Below, in pieces: positions 9,377 to 18,700 of a DNA stretch of 64,000 nt; the first letter of the stretch is position 1; each line of letters begins with the position of its first letter. The position numbers and the translations under genes are program-made. The DNA comes from an uncultured candidatus Brocadiaceae bacterium (GTDB lineage: Bacteria; Planctomycetota; UBA1135; UBA2386): the NCBI GenBank assembly GCA_964418595.1, contig CAYQMF010000003.1, positions 28,630-92,629 of the forward strand, given 5' to 3'. Under the pieces are notes generated by a model that searched no databases, was not told the DNA's origin, and saw nothing but the letters and a program-made list of their open reading frames with translations.

Positions 9377-9427
9377 GGTTGATTCGCGGAGTCGGTTGAT
9401 TCGCGGAGTCGGTTGATTCGCGGAGTC
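9377..9427. repeat. perfect 17-bp tandem repeat x3 (GGTTGATTCGCGGAGTC)
   Basis: The copies at 9377-9393, 9394-9410 and 9411-9427 are identical. The last copy overlaps the stop codon (9426-9428) of the minus-strand gene. Confidence 0.95.
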
Positions 9428-10763
9428 AGGCGAACGTCGGCCGCGCCGGCGCGCCGGACGCGGCGATCTCCCGCACGTGCCGGTGGACCTCCATCGCGCG
9501 CGCGATGCACTGGTCGCTGTTGTGGTAGTCGTAGCGGCCGAACCGACCGAAGGTGATGTAGCCGGACGCGTCGAACCACGCGCGCACGCGGCCCACACGT
9601 GCCGGGAACTCGAGGTTCTGGTCGATGTACGCGAAGCGGTGGTCGAGCCAGTCGGTCATCACCACCTGCGAGCGGTGGAACAGGCCGCAGCGCGCCAGGT
9701 TCGCCACCAGTTCGTCGATGTACGCCCGGTTCACCTCGAGGTCGCCGCGGTGCGTGACCTCCGCCATGAACGAGGCGTGGCCCGGCGGCGCATTCTCCGG
9801 TGAGTAGTTGCTGAAGTAGGTCACGCGGTTGGCGTCGCCCTGGTCCGGGAACGGCAGGTAGATCCACGACAGTGGCGCGATCGGGGCGTCGACCTTGACG
9901 CCGATGATCACGTTGAGGAGCGAGATCGGTTGCAGCGCGCGGATGTCGGCGCGGATGGCCGCGGGGATGTCGGCGATGTGCGGCTCGATCAGCGGCAGCG
10001 GTACCGTGTTGACGACGAGGTCGAAGTCCTCGCCATCGACGGCGAAGCGCGAGCCGACCTTCGCGATGCGTTCGGCGGTGGTGCCGGTGCGCAGGGTGAA
10101 GCCGCCGCCGTGGACGGTGCCCCGCACGAGCGCCTCGAAGCCGCCGCGGCGCGGGAACCAGAACACCGACTGGTGGGTGTAGCCGTCGGTGTCCATGCCC
10201 ACGGCGGAGCTGATCACGTCGCGCAGCGGCGCCTCCGGCACGCGCCCCGCGACCCACGCCGACGTCATGGTGGCGAGGTCGCAGTTCCAGATCTTCTCGT
10301 TGTAGGGGACCATGAAGTGGCGCGCGAAACCGTCGCCCATGCGCCATTGGATCCAGTCCTTGAAGTTCGGCGGCGTCGGCTCGCCCTTCTGGCGCCGGAC
10401 GTACGCCTCGACGTAGCCCGTCATGCAGTCGACGATGGCGTCCTTGGTGAGGTGGCCGACGCCGTTCTCGAACGGATACGGGACGAACCGGTCGTGCCAG
10501 AGGATGCGGGTCTGGCGCTGGATCTCGCACAGGTCGGTGACCGCGCGCGTGCGCGCCTGCTGCCACGCCAGCACGTCCTTGTTCTTGCTGAACACGATGT
10601 GGCCGCCCGCCTCGTCCCAGGTGAAGCCGTCGGTCACCTTGGTGCGACACAGGCCGCCGGGGCGCGCCGCCTTCTCCAGGCACACGACGTCGTGGCCATC
10701 GGCGGCGAGCAGGCGGGCGAGGGTGGTGCCGGAGATTCCGGCGCCGAGGATGCAGATCTTCAA
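9426..10763 (-). CDS. FAD/NAD(P)-binding oxidoreductase (amine oxidase / protoporphyrinogen oxidase / UDP-galactopyranose mutase-like)
   Basis: N-terminal Rossmann motif KICILGAGISGTTLARLL...LEKAARPGG. The start codon is TTG at 10763, with GGAG 9 nt upstream. Confidence 0.8.
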   Translation of the reverse strand: MKICILGAGISGTTLARLLAADGHDVVCLEKAARPGGLCRTKVTDGFTWDEAGGHIVFSKNKDVLAWQQARTRAVTDLCEIQRQTRILWHDRFVPYPFENGVGHLTKDAIVDCMTGYVEAYVRRQKGEPTPPNFKDWIQWRMGDGFARHFMVPYNEKIWNCDLATMTSAWVAGRVPEAPLRDVISSAVGMDTDGYTHQSVFWFPRRGGFEALVRGTVHGGGFTLRTGTTAERIAKVGSRFAVDGEDFDLVVNTVPLPLIEPHIADIPAAIRADIRALQPISLLNVIIGVKVDAPIAPLSWIYLPFPDQGDANRVTYFSNYSPENAPPGHASFMAEVTHRGDLEVNRAYIDELVANLARCGLFHRSQVVMTDWLDHRFAYIDQNLEFPARVGRVRAWFDASGYITFGRFGRYDYHNSDQCIARAMEVHRHVREIAASGAPARPTFA

Positions 10764-11061
10764 ACGGGGCTCCGCAGCGGGTCGGACAAGGGTTCGGTAG
10801 CTCAGCAGGTGATCGGCTTCGATGCGAGGACAGGCTGAGAGAACACGCTGCGTCCGACCCTATGATCCCCGCCCCCATCGCGGCTGGCGGCCGCAACCCT
10901 TCGGGTTGGATGCGTCGCTGCGCGACGCCGGAAGGGGCCGCCGGCGATCGCTATCGTCGGGGCTTCCAGGGCCGCTCGGGTGTGGCGAATACCACGGGAG
11001 CCGCGAAATCGAGATCTCGCCAGTTTGCGCGCGCCGCGACAATCCGCGACCCTTGCAGCCC

Positions 11062-12258
11062 ATGACCGAGCCGCTGGACCCACGCCGCGAACGCATCGCC
11101 GTGCTCGCTCTCACCAGCGGCGCATTCGCCATGGCACTGAACACTCAGGTCATGGCGGCGCTCCTGCCGTTCCTCGAGCCCGCGCTCGCGCCCGACAAGG
11201 CGGCGAAGGGGCAGCTCGTCGCGGCGGCGGGGTTCGCGGGGGCCCTCGGCGCGCTGCTGCTCGGTCCGTTCGTGGATCGGGCCGGGCGGCGGCTGCCGCT
11301 GGCGGTCGGGCTCGCGGTCTTCGCGGTGGCGAGCGCGCTGCACGCGTTCGCCACCGACGCGACCACCTTGCTGGCGCTGCGCGCGCTCGCCGGGTTCAGC
11401 GTCGGCGTGGCCTACACCGGCGCCTCGGCGGCGGTCGCGGACCTGGTGCCCTACTCGCGGCGCGGGGCGGCGATGGGAGTGTTCACGGCGGGGATCTTCC
11501 TCGCCACGCCCGTCGGCCTGCCGCTCGCCAACCTGTGGGCGTCGGCCGGACACTGGCGGTGGATCTTCGTCGCGCAGGCGATCTTCGGCCTCGGGGCCAT
11601 GGTCGCGTGCATGCGCGTGCTGCCGCCGGGGCTCGGCGTCGCGGGCGTGCGCACGTCGCTGGTCGGCGTGGTGCGCCGGCCGATGGTGGTGCCGCTGCTG
11701 CTCGCCATCGCGCTCGCCACCGGCAGCTTCTTCGCCTTCGTGCAGTTCGCTGGCGAGTGGCTGCACGACACCGGGATCGTGCCGCGTGGGCAGCAGGCAT
11801 GGATGTGGATCACGCTCGGGCTGTGCTCGGCCCTCGGCAGCATCGCGCTCGGCCGGCTGGTGGATCGCGTCGGCAAGCGTACCTTCGTGCTGGTCTCGAC
11901 CGCCGCACTCGCTCTCCTGCTCGGACTCATGATGCGCGTCGAGAGCCTGGGCCTGCTCCTTTGCGTGGGCTTGCCGATGACGCTCGTCGCGGCCGCGCGC
12001 ACCGCCGCGTTCCAGACCCTGTCGTCGGAGATCGTGCCGTCGGCCATGCGCGGCAGCCTGATGGGCCTGCGCGGCGCGGCGGTGCAGGGTGGTCAGGGCG
12101 TGTTCCTCGCGGTCGGTGGCGAGGTGTACGCGGCGCATGGCTTCGATACCTTCCTGTGGCTGACGGTGGGGGGCGTGGCGGCGTCGTACGTGCTCATCCG
12201 GATGTTCGTGCGCGACGAAGAAGGCGAGGTCTCGGCCTCCGTGGAGGTGGGCAGGTGA
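11062..12258 (+). CDS. MFS transporter
   Basis: About 12 predicted TM helices and the MFS loop motif GPFVDRAGRR. The ATG at 11062 is in frame with track ORF 10822..12258, whose first 80 aa look non-coding. Confidence 0.85.
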   Translation: MTEPLDPRRERIAVLALTSGAFAMALNTQVMAALLPFLEPALAPDKAAKGQLVAAAGFAGALGALLLGPFVDRAGRRLPLAVGLAVFAVASALHAFATDATTLLALRALAGFSVGVAYTGASAAVADLVPYSRRGAAMGVFTAGIFLATPVGLPLANLWASAGHWRWIFVAQAIFGLGAMVACMRVLPPGLGVAGVRTSLVGVVRRPMVVPLLLAIALATGSFFAFVQFAGEWLHDTGIVPRGQQAWMWITLGLCSALGSIALGRLVDRVGKRTFVLVSTAALALLLGLMMRVESLGLLLCVGLPMTLVAAARTAAFQTLSSEIVPSAMRGSLMGLRGAAVQGGQGVFLAVGGEVYAAHGFDTFLWLTVGGVAASYVLIRMFVRDEEGEVSASVEVGR

Positions 12259-13064
12259 TCACGTTGCACGGTGACATGTTCGAAGAGGCTCGCGACGAGC
12301 TGCAGGAAGGCCACCTCGACGACGCGGCGGAACTCGCGCGGCGAGGGCTCGAGGCGTGGAAGCGATCAGGTGCGCCGCGGGTTGCGTCGGCGCCAGGCCA
12401 CTACGTGCTCGCGGCGGTGGCGTTCGACAAGGAGGAACTGGAGGACGCCGCACGCCACGTCGCGCGGGCGCGCGCTGCCGACCCGGCGCTCGGTGAAGCC
12501 GCGCACCTCGATGCCTCCATCCGGATCGACCTCGGTGATCTCGACGGTGCAGCGACGGCACTCGAGACGTGCACCGAGCGCCCGGTGCAGGGCGACATCG
12601 TCTATCTCGCGGCGGTCGTCGCCGAACTGCGCGGGCGCTTTGCGGAGGCGGAAGAGGGATACCGCGCCGCCGCGGCCCTCGACGCAGACGCGTATCCCCT
12701 GCCGGTGCGGATCAGCGACGCGGAGTTGCAGGCGCTCGTGGCATCGACGATCGAGGACATGCCCACGGACGTCGTCGCCACCTTCCGCAACCTCACCATC
12801 GACGTCCACGAGGTGCCCGACCCGGTTCTCCACCGCGACATCCATCCCGAGACCCTGGGTCTCTACGCGGGCACGCCGGTGGGTGACGCAGACGCCCTGC
12901 CGGTCGGCCTTCCCGATCGCATCTACCTCTTCAAGCGCAACATCGAGCGCATCGCCCAGGACCGCGACGAACTGCTCGAGCAACTCCGCATCACCCTGCT
13001 GCACGAACTCGGCCATCACCTCGGCTGGGACGAGGACGACCTCGAGGAACGCGGGCTCGCGTGA
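12255..13064 (+). CDS. zinicin-like (DUF1025) metallopeptidase family protein with a helical N-terminal extension
   Basis: C-terminal ITLLHELGHHLG motif. The GTG at 12255 overlaps the MFS stop (GTGA). Confidence 0.75.
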   Translation: MITLHGDMFEEARDELQEGHLDDAAELARRGLEAWKRSGAPRVASAPGHYVLAAVAFDKEELEDAARHVARARAADPALGEAAHLDASIRIDLGDLDGAATALETCTERPVQGDIVYLAAVVAELRGRFAEAEEGYRAAAALDADAYPLPVRISDAELQALVASTIEDMPTDVVATFRNLTIDVHEVPDPVLHRDIHPETLGLYAGTPVGDADALPVGLPDRIYLFKRNIERIAQDRDELLEQLRITLLHELGHHLGWDEDDLEERGLA

Positions 13065-13723
13065 GCGCCGTGCCGGGCAGCGCGAAGCGCAGTGAAGGTG
13101 GGCCGCGCGCGTGGTTGCTCCCGGCCTGTGGGGTGATCTGCGTCGCGCTGGCGATCTGGTCGTTCGCCGGCGCCGGCGACAAGGCGACCTGGGCGTTCGA
13201 GGTGCTGCCGCTGAGCGCAGTGCTGGTCGTGTTCGTCGTGCGCACACGGTGGTTCCGCTTCAGCGATCTCGCGTACGTGCTGCTCACGTGGTTCTTCCTC
13301 ATCCAGAGCCTGGGCGGTCGCTACACCTTCGCGGAGGTGCCGTTCCCGCAAGCGGTGACGGACCTGCTGGGCCTCGCCCGCAACCCGGCCGATCGGATCG
13401 GTCACTTCTTCCAGGGCTTCGTGCCGGCGATCCTGCTGCGCGAGTGGCTCCTGCGCCGGCGGTCGATGCGGCCGGGCGGGACCGTGTTCTGGCTCGTCAC
13501 CGGGTGCTGCCTCGCCTTCAGTGCGGCCTACGAGCTGCTCGAGATGGCGGTGGTCCTGTGCTTCTACCCGGCGGCGGGCCCCGAGTGGCTCGGCATGCAG
13601 GGCGACCCGTGGGACGCGCAGTGGGACATGACCACGGCGTTGGCCGGGGCGATCCTCGCGCAGGTGCTGTTGCGGCGAATGCACGACCGTGGCATTGCGA
13701 GGATGGAGCAGGCCCAACGCTGA
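13061..13723 (+). CDS. YjdF/DUF2238 family inner-membrane protein
   Basis: Six hydrophobic helices and family-like segments (GGRYTFAEVPF, NPADRIGHFFQGF, GDPWDAQWDM). The GTG at 13061 overlaps the upstream stop (GTGA). Confidence 0.75.
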   Translation: MSAVPGSAKRSEGGPRAWLLPACGVICVALAIWSFAGAGDKATWAFEVLPLSAVLVVFVVRTRWFRFSDLAYVLLTWFFLIQSLGGRYTFAEVPFPQAVTDLLGLARNPADRIGHFFQGFVPAILLREWLLRRRSMRPGGTVFWLVTGCCLAFSAAYELLEMAVVLCFYPAAGPEWLGMQGDPWDAQWDMTTALAGAILAQVLLRRMHDRGIARMEQAQR

Positions 13724-13790
13724 CCGGATCCGCCGCCGGAGCACGGGTCGCGTTCGTGCCGCGGTCGTGAGACACTCGCGCGCGCCCCAC

Positions 13791-14507
13791 ATGTCGAACC
13801 TGCTGCCCGAGACGTCGCGGCCCGAACAGGTCGTCTACGCCGTCTGCCGGCCGGTGCACTTCGTCACCATGGCGACGGCGCTGCCGGTCGGGTATCTGGC
13901 GCTGCAGAGCGCCGGGGTGTCCGGCGTGCCCGTGTGGTTGCTGTGGTTGGCGTGGCTCGGCGCCGCGTTCTGGGCGCTGGCGTACTTCGGCCTGCACAGC
14001 TTCTCCTATCCCACTCGCGCGCTCGAGGCGCTGTTCACGACGGGTTCACCGCTGCTCAACCTGTGGCTCGCCGGCTCGGAGTCGTTCGTCGAGGGCGCGC
14101 TGTCGGTGGTGCAAGCCTCGATGGTCGCGTCATGCGTGGGTTTCGTGGTCGTGCTCGTGATCCTGCGCGTGCCGGCGCTGCGCGAACAGCACCTGGCGAC
14201 GGCGCCGCCCTGGGCCGGCAAGCTGCTGCTGGGCCTGCTGGTGCCGATGCTGTTCGTGGCCTGGGTGTTCGGCGCGTTCACGTTCGGCGGCTGGCCACGC
14301 GACACATGGTCGACGCTCGGCGCATTCGGGTTCCTGAACCAGGTCGGCTCCGAACTGCGCGTGCTGTACGCGGGCAGCGTGTTTGCCGGTCCGATCGATC
14401 AGGGATCCGAGCGCTCGAGGCTGCACCAGGCATGGGGTCCGCTCGTGGCGATCTGCATGCTGGGTTCGGTGACGGCGTTCCTCGGGATCGCGATGTGGTA
14501 CTCGTGA
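13791..14507 (+). CDS. hypothetical polytopic membrane protein
   Basis: The ATG at 13791 is in frame with track ORF 13689..14507. The product has about 6 TM helices. I recognise no family. Confidence 0.55.
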   Translation: MSNLLPETSRPEQVVYAVCRPVHFVTMATALPVGYLALQSAGVSGVPVWLLWLAWLGAAFWALAYFGLHSFSYPTRALEALFTTGSPLLNLWLAGSESFVEGALSVVQASMVASCVGFVVVLVILRVPALREQHLATAPPWAGKLLLGLLVPMLFVAWVFGAFTFGGWPRDTWSTLGAFGFLNQVGSELRVLYAGSVFAGPIDQGSERSRLHQAWGPLVAICMLGSVTAFLGIAMWYS

Positions 14508-14525
14508 GGCACGTCGACGCGCGGC

Positions 14526-15653
14526 ATGCTTAGGGGCGTGTCGAACCTCCGCTGTCCCGGTCTCCTCGTCGCGATCGCGCTGACGCTCGTCGCCTGCCAG
14601 TCGATGCCCATGTCCCTCGAACAGTCGTTCGGAACGACGTCGCGTGGCGAGCCCGCCCGGCTCTTCGTCCTGCGCAACGCGCACGGCATCACCGCGCGCC
14701 TCACCGACTACGGCGCGACCCTGGTCGGCCTGTCGCTCCCCGATCGCGCCGGCATCTTCGAGGATGTCCTGCTCGGCTTCGACGACGTGTCGGGCTACGA
14801 GTCGGACGCCAACCAGTACTTCGGCTGCACCACCGGCCGCGTCGCCAACCGCATCGCCAAGGGACGGTTCAAGCTGGGGGCGCGGACGTACAGCGTGGCG
14901 ACCAACAACGGACCCAACCATCTGCACGGCGGTGGGCCGCGCGCGTTGTCGCGCGTGATGTGGCAGGCGGAACGGCTCGACCCACAGGCCCTGCGCTTCA
15001 CGTACGTGAGTCCCGACGGCGAGGAAGGCTATCCCGGCGCGCTCACCATCGCGGTGACGTTCAGCCTCACCGACGACGACGAGCTGACGATCGAGTACGA
15101 GGCGACGACCGATGCCGCAACGCCCGTCAATCTCACCAACCATGCGTACTGGAACCTCGCAGGGCACGGCTCGCCGACCGTCCTCGACCACGAACTCGTG
15201 TTGATGGCCGATCAGTACACACCCACCGACGACACCTTGATCCCCACCGGCGAACTGGCCAGCGTCGGGGACACCGCCTTCGACTTCCGCACGGCAAAGA
15301 CCATCCGCCGCGATCTCGGCCGCGTCGCCGACACCGCGGCGGGAGGCTTCGACCACAACTTCGTCCTGCGCGGCGAGGCGGGGAAGCTGCGCCTCGCGGC
15401 CGCACTGCGCGACCCGGCATCCGGGCGCACGCTGCAGATCCTCACCACCGAGCCGGGGATCCAGTTCTACTCCGGCAACTTCCTGCACGGGCAGATCGGC
15501 AAGCAGGGCCGCCTCTACGAGCACCGCTCGGCGTGCTGCCTGGAGACGCAGCACTTCCCCGACTCCGTGAACCAACCCGCCTTCCCGTCGGTGATCCTGA
15601 AGCCGGGCGAGACCTACCGCCACAAGACGGTGCATCGGTTCACCGTGCGCTGA
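14526..15653 (+). CDS. galM: aldose 1-epimerase (galactose mutarotase), lipoprotein form
   Basis: Motifs GCTTGRVANRI, NNGPNHLHGG, NLTNHAYWNL and ETQHFPDS are typical of GalM. The N-terminus has a lipobox (LTLVAC). Confidence 0.9.
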   Translation: MLRGVSNLRCPGLLVAIALTLVACQSMPMSLEQSFGTTSRGEPARLFVLRNAHGITARLTDYGATLVGLSLPDRAGIFEDVLLGFDDVSGYESDANQYFGCTTGRVANRIAKGRFKLGARTYSVATNNGPNHLHGGGPRALSRVMWQAERLDPQALRFTYVSPDGEEGYPGALTIAVTFSLTDDDELTIEYEATTDAATPVNLTNHAYWNLAGHGSPTVLDHELVLMADQYTPTDDTLIPTGELASVGDTAFDFRTAKTIRRDLGRVADTAAGGFDHNFVLRGEAGKLRLAAALRDPASGRTLQILTTEPGIQFYSGNFLHGQIGKQGRLYEHRSACCLETQHFPDSVNQPAFPSVILKPGETYRHKTVHRFTVR

Positions 15654-15731
15654 TCGGCCGAGCGTGGCCCTGGGCAACCCGGCGGGGCTCCGGTACCCTG
15701 CCGCCCTCCCCGCCGCCCCGCCGCGCTCGCC

Positions 15732-18700
15732 ATGGCAAACACGCTCTTCGGTCGCACATCCCTCGCCTTCGCCTTCGCCGCGTTGCTCGTCGCCCCGGGC
15801 CTCTCCGGCCAGGAGACCGTCGTGCAGGCCAACTGGCGGCAGGCGGAGAAGTTCTCCAGCGAGAACCTGCGCAAGTTCGTGTACGGCACGAGCGTCTCGC
15901 CGACCTGGATCGGCAAGACCGAACGCTTCTGGTACTCGTTCAAGACCAGTGCGGGCACGTCGTTCTGGCTGGTCGACGCCGACCAGCGCACGCGCAAGCC
16001 GATGTTCGACCACGTGAGCCTCGCCACGGCGCTGTCGGTCGCGACGAAGAAGCCGCAGGTGGAGACGCAACTCGCGCTGGGCGGACTCAAGATCGACGAT
16101 GCGGCGACGAAGCTCGAGTTCACGAGCGAAGGACGCCAGTTCGAGTACGAGCTGGCCACGAACAAGCTCACCGACAAGGGGCCGGCGCAGCGGCAGCCGG
16201 CGGCTGGCGGGCGCGGCGGACGCGAGGGTGTCGACGGCGAGGAGATGCGGCGTCGGTTCGAGGAGCGCATGCGCGAACTCGGCATCCGCAACGAACAGCA
16301 GCAAGAGCAACAGGAGCAGCAACAGGAACAACAGCAAGAGCAGCGCCAGGAGCAACAGCAGGAGCAGCAGCAGCAGGAGCAACGCGAAGGCGGGCGCGGG
16401 GGCCGACGGGGCGGGGGAGAACCATTCGCGGAGCGCGGCGACGTGCGCGTGTTCAGTCCCGACCGCAAGGCGTACGTGATCGTGCGCGACCACGAGCTGT
16501 ACTTCGTGGAGGGCGTCGAGGAGGCAGTTGCGCCTCCGCCGGCGGAGGCGAAGACCGACGGTGAGGGCACCGAGGACTACACCAAGCAGGTGGCGGAGGC
16601 GGCGGTGAAGGCTGTCGGCGAGGGCGTCACCGTGGGAACCGAGAAGGCGGGGACCGAGAAGAAGGAGAACGCCGACGTCATCGGTGGCACCCAGGCCGCG
16701 GCCGCGGGCGGCGAACCAGCGCCCGCGGCGGCGCCGGCGCCGGCCGCCAGGGCTCCGCGCCTCAAGTTCGACGAGGCGACGGCCGTGAAGCTGAGCAAGG
16801 ACAGCGCCGAGTCGTACTCGTTCGGCAGCAGCGGCGGCTTCGGGCAGGGTGCGCGCGGCGGCAGCCAGCGTGGCGGTGGCAGCGGCGCCGCCGCTCCGGC
16901 GTCGACGCGCGCGCGCGCCAACGCCACCTGGTCGAAGGACGGCAAGGCCTTCTATGCCACGCGCCGCGACACGCGCGGCGTGCAGGAGCTGTTCCTCGTC
17001 GACTCGCTGGGGACGCCCCGCCCCACCCTGCAGACCTATTCGTACGCGATGCCGGGCGAAGCCGCCGTGGCGCACTCCGAGCTGTGGGCGTTCGACCGCG
17101 CGAGCAAGCAACTGCGGCAGGTGCCGCTGAAGTGGCCGCACGAGAGCTACCAGAACGTCCACTTCTTCGGCGAGGGCAGCGAGCTGCGCTTCCTCCGTCG
17201 CGACCGTCTGCAGCGCAATGCCGAGCTGTGCGCCCTCGATCCCGTGACCAACGCCGTGCGAGTCCTGCTGAGCGAGTCGATCGAGGACGCGACCCTCGCC
17301 CTGCAGAGCCACCGCTACCTGGAGAAGCGCAAGCAGATCGTGTGGTGGTCGGAGCGCAGCGGCTGGGGCCACTTCTACCTGCACGACATCCAGACTGGCG
17401 CGCTGGTCAACCCGATCACCAGCGGGACCTTCCGCGCCAGCCGCCTGCTCGAGGTCGACGAGGACGCGGGGGTCATGTGGTTCCGCGGCAACGGCCGTGA
17501 GCGCGGCGAGAACGTGTACCACGAGCACCTGTATCGCGTGAATCTCGACGGCACCGACCTCGCCTGCCTCGACCCCGGCGACGCGTCGCACCGCTCGACC
17601 CTGTCGCCGTCACGCCGTTACGTCGTCGACTCCTACTCGCGCGTCGACCTCGCGCCGCGGTGCGTCCTGCGCAGCGGTCGCGACGGCGGCGTGCTCCTCG
17701 AACTGGAGGTCGCCGACCTGAGCCGGCTCACGGAGATGGGCTGGCACATGCCGGAGCGCTTCACCGTGAAGGCGGCCGACGGCGTCACCGACCTGTACGG
17801 CAACCTGTGGAAGCCGTTCGACTTCGACGCCAACCGTCGCTACCCGGTGATCGTCAACGTCTACCCCGGTCCGCAGCAGGAAGGCGTGACGCACACCTTC
17901 TCGGCGACGGCCAGCACCCAGCAGCTCGCCCAGCTCGGCTTCGTGGTGATCCAGGTCGGCCACCGGGGTGGCACGCCGGACCGCGACAAGGCCTACGGCG
18001 CGTACGGCTTCGGCAACCTGCGCGACTACGGCCTCGAGGACAAGAAGGCGGCCATCGAGCAGCTCGCCGACCGCTTCCCCTTCGTCGACATCGGCCGCGT
18101 CGGCATCTACGGCCACTCCGGCGGTGGGTTCATGACCGCGGCCGCGCTGCTCAAGCCGCCGTACAACCGCTTCTTCAAGGTCGGGGTCGCTTCCGCCGGC
18201 AACCACGACAACAACATCTACAACGCCAACTGGTCGGAGAAGTGGCACGGGCTCACCGAGAGGTCGGCGGGCACTACCACGAGTGGGGCGGTCTCGACGG
18301 CGACGATCGGCATGACGGGGACCCTGGGCACCACCCAAGGCACGACCCAGGGTACGACCCAGGGTACGACGCAGGGCACCCAGACCGGCGGCACCCAGGA
18401 GCGCGGTCAGCGCGGCCGCGGCCGTCGCGGCGACGGCGGGCAGCGCGCCGGCGAGACCAGCCAGGCCACCACGGCGACGCAGAGCCCGTTCGAGATCAAG
18501 GTCCCGACCAACGCTGAGCTGGCGGTGAACCTCGAGGGCAAGCTCCTCCTCGTGCACGGCGAGATCGACAACAACGTGCACCCCGCCAACACCATGCGGC
18601 TCGTCGACGCGCTCATCAAGGCGAACAAGCGCTTCGACATGCTCATCATCCCCGGCGCACGCCACAGCTTCGGCGCAGCCAACGAGTACTTCCGGCAGCG

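Noticed and set aside
9377-9427. Possible CRISPR array (this site and the 111-bp repeats at 38920..39141).
   Set aside because: The repeats are directly contiguous with no spacers. The unit lengths of 17 and 111 bp are atypical for CRISPR. No cas genes are in the window.
10779-10860. Possible tRNA, because of the GGTAGCTCAGC string and a terminal clamp.
   Set aside because: The clamp is 9 bp, not 7. There is no GTTCGAATC-type T loop. The interior folds as a rod rather than a cloverleaf. tRNAscan-SE would settle it.
14130-17591. 1153-aa minus-strand ORF, the longest in the track, which includes a poly-Leu run.
   Set aside because: It is antisense to galM and the S9 peptidase, both of which have clear catalytic motifs. 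Its composition is Arg/Ala/Gly/Pro-dominated. The poly-Leu run is simply the reverse complement of the CAG/GAG repeat. This is a typical high-GC shadow ORF.
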